Virus record (IMG/VR): IMGVR_UViG_3300042472_000345
Location: 1-61,861 of that record
Source: a virus
Lineage: Duplodnaviria; Caudoviricetes
DNA: 61,861 bases
Strand: one strand, 5' to 3'
A program made the position numbers and the translations under genes. The notes below the pieces were generated by a model that saw only the letters and a list, made by a program, of their open reading frames with translations, was not told the DNA's origin and ran no database searches. Shown in pieces: positions 60,127 through 61,861 of the stretch. Each line of letters begins with the position of its first letter. The stretch's first letter is position 1.

Positions 60127-60384
60127 ATGGGATTTTTTAAAGAATTAGTAAGTGATGACAATTCAATAGATGAGAAAGCATTTGTTGGTGTCATTTCATT
60201 TTTTGCAATGGTATTTACATTGTTAGTAGATGTAGTTACAGGGATATGGGGCAAAGAGTTAATCATCAAACAATTTATCTTTGATGGATTTATGACTCTT
60301 ACAATGATCTGTTTTGGTATAGCCACAGCAGGTAAAGTATTTAGTATGAACAAACAAAAGAAAGAACAAGATGCAACTGAGTAA
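60127..60384 (+). CDS. small two-TM membrane protein, holin/antiholin-like
   Basis: 85 aa, two hydrophobic helices, immediately before the endolysin. Confidence 0.55.
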   Translation: MGFFKELVSDDNSIDEKAFVGVISFFAMVFTLLVDVVTGIWGKELIIKQFIFDGFMTLTMICFGIATAGKVFSMNKQKKEQDATE

Positions 60385-60838
60385 ACACTTATCATTAGCT
60401 GAAGTTACAAGAAGTGATTCAGCAAAAAGAAATGGAATAAGCAATGAGCCTACTCCAGCACACTTAGAAAACTTTAAGTTATTAGCTGAAAAAGTATTTG
60501 AACCTATTAGAGAACACTTCAAAGTTCCTATTCATATATCTAGTGGATATAGAAGTGCTGCATTAAACAAAAAGATAGGTGGATCACTTACATCACAACA
60601 TTGTTCTGGTGAAGCAATTGATATCGACATGGATGGTAGTGCAAGTGGTGTTACCAATAAGCAAGTTTTTGATTTCATTAAGCAACATCTAAACTTTGAT
60701 CAAATGATTTGGGAATTTGGTACAGATTCTAACCCTGACTGGGTACACGTATCATACGAATCAACTGGTAAACAACGTAAGCAAGTTTTGAAAGCTGTTA
60801 AACAAGGTGGAAAAACAAGTTATGTACCATATAAGTAA
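60371..60838 (+). CDS. endolysin, peptidase M15 family
   Basis: SSGYRS..LN..IGG...SQH..GEAID...WVHVSY zinc peptidase motifs. Confidence 0.88.
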   Translation: MQLSKHLSLAEVTRSDSAKRNGISNEPTPAHLENFKLLAEKVFEPIREHFKVPIHISSGYRSAALNKKIGGSLTSQHCSGEAIDIDMDGSASGVTNKQVFDFIKQHLNFDQMIWEFGTDSNPDWVHVSYESTGKQRKQVLKAVKQGGKTSYVPYK

Positions 60839-61157
60839 GTTCATAAAACAACAATGGTTAGGAACCATCCTAATTATATTATTCATTCTGTTCTTGGTTT
60901 ATGGAATAGGAAAGAATAGTGAGTTACAAAAAGAAAAACAACGTCTTGAAAAAGAGATTGAAGTGCTTGAGCAAAAGGAAGAACTACACTGGAATAAACT
61001 TGACAGTTTAAAAGTTAGTGAGAGCACTATAATTAAGAAAGAAAAAATATTAATACAGATACAACATGACACAATTAAGATTATTGATACTATGTCTGTT
61101 AGTGAGCTTCAAAAGTATTTCACAAACAGATACAATAAAAAAGATAGTATTAGATGA
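60822..61157 (+). CDS. putative i-spanin
   Basis: Likely ATG 60822; N-terminal TM then coiled coil; follows the endolysin. Confidence 0.6.
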   Translation: MYHISKFIKQQWLGTILIILFILFLVYGIGKNSELQKEKQRLEKEIEVLEQKEELHWNKLDSLKVSESTIIKKEKILIQIQHDTIKIIDTMSVSELQKYFTNRYNKKDSIR

Positions 61158-61533
61158 GAGAGTTGGTAGAGAAGTTGTTAAAGACCTTGTAAGAGGAGAT
61201 ATCTGTAGACAGCTCTTATCACTTGCTCAAGAGAAGAATGATGTTCTTAAAAAACAAACTATTGAACTATATTCAATCATTGCAATTAAAGATAGCATCA
61301 TCTCTAAAAAAGATGAAATAATCACTATACAAGACAAAGCTATTGGCTGGTGGAAGAAACCTGAACTTCATGGATACTTAGGAGTTCAAAGTGTAAATGC
61401 CACTATAGTTAATCCATATTTATATGGAACATTATTACTTGAATTTCCTAAATTTAGTTTAGGAGCACAATACTTTGTACAACCAAACAATCCATCAGGA
61501 TATGGATTTATTGTAGAATATAACTTATTTTAA
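61066..61533 (+). CDS. putative o-spanin-like protein
   Basis: Overlaps the i-spanin 3' end; signal peptide, coiled coil, C-terminal amphipathic beta strands ending YNLF. Confidence 0.5.
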   Translation: MTQLRLLILCLLVSFKSISQTDTIKKIVLDERVGREVVKDLVRGDICRQLLSLAQEKNDVLKKQTIELYSIIAIKDSIISKKDEIITIQDKAIGWWKKPELHGYLGVQSVNATIVNPYLYGTLLLEFPKFSLGAQYFVQPNNPSGYGFIVEYNLF

Positions 61534-61538
61534 AACCA

Positions 61539-61673
61539 ATGGCAAAACAAACCAACACAGCAGAAAAGATTTTAAAACCTACGATCAGTCGTCCTGGTGT
61601 ACACGCAAAAGCAAAGACATCAAAGTTGAAATCTAGCAAACTATACAAGAAATTAAATAAAGGACAGGGATAA
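61539..61673 (+). CDS. 44-aa basic protein not in the ORF track
   Basis: MAKQTNTAEKILKPTISRPGVHAKAKTSKLKSSKLYKKLNKGQG; tightly packed, TAATG-coupled to the next ORF. Confidence 0.65.
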   Translation: MAKQTNTAEKILKPTISRPGVHAKAKTSKLKSSKLYKKLNKGQG

Positions 61674-61819
61674 TGGATTGGCAATTAGAAATATCATTTC
61701 ATTGGCCACACGATAGACTAGCAATAGGATGGGAAGTCCTACACCCTGATGAGAAATTTGATTATACATCATATGTTCTCTTTCTTGGTTTCATAACAAT
61801 AACATTAGATATAAATTAA
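61673..61819 (+). CDS. 48-aa hypothetical protein not in the ORF track
   Basis: MDWQLEISFHWPHDRLAIGWEVLHPDEKFDYTSYVLFLGFITITLDIN; start overlaps the previous stop. Confidence 0.6.
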   Translation: MDWQLEISFHWPHDRLAIGWEVLHPDEKFDYTSYVLFLGFITITLDIN

Positions 61820-61861
61820 TATCTTTGATAACTAATAAATTATAAAGAAATGGGAATACCA

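Noticed and set aside
58875-60395. Minus-strand ORFs over the lysis cassette
   Set aside because: They overlap well-supported plus-strand membrane and lysis genes and have no recognisable features
1-61861. Alternative genetic code (TAG or TGA reassignment seen in some crAss-like phages)
   Set aside because: Long intact ORFs tile the window under the standard code, and TAG appears to serve as a normal stop at 60122 and 61157

Overview
AT-rich, almost entirely plus-strand window that reads as the complete virion, packaging and lysis arm of a Crassvirales-like (crAss-like, phi14:2-type) podophage infecting Bacteroidota. Gene order: small DNA-binding and Zn-finger ORFs, terminase large subunit, portal, scaffold-like protein, major capsid protein, head/neck proteins, a cluster of Cys-rich poly-Thr-linked fibre or decoration proteins, a metallophosphoesterase, ring and IHF-like proteins, a muzzle-like gene apparently split in three, two cargo proteins punctuated by about 20 recurring xxxGG/AxxG motifs, three very large ejection/RNA-polymerase proteins (a 4339-aa ORF has the DFDID catalytic motif), and a lysis cassette. 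The standard genetic code fits, and Bacteroidota-type TAnnTTTG promoters are visible. Most notable candidates: a chemoreceptor-like four-helix-bundle membrane protein inside the lysis cassette; poly-Thr-bounded domains shared between distant virion genes; a GG-motif-punctuated cargo polyprotein; a switch-like structured RNA after the capsid gene; several repeated intergenic motifs; and apparent absence of CCG/CGG. Product calls rest on motifs and synteny read by eye; no database searches were run.
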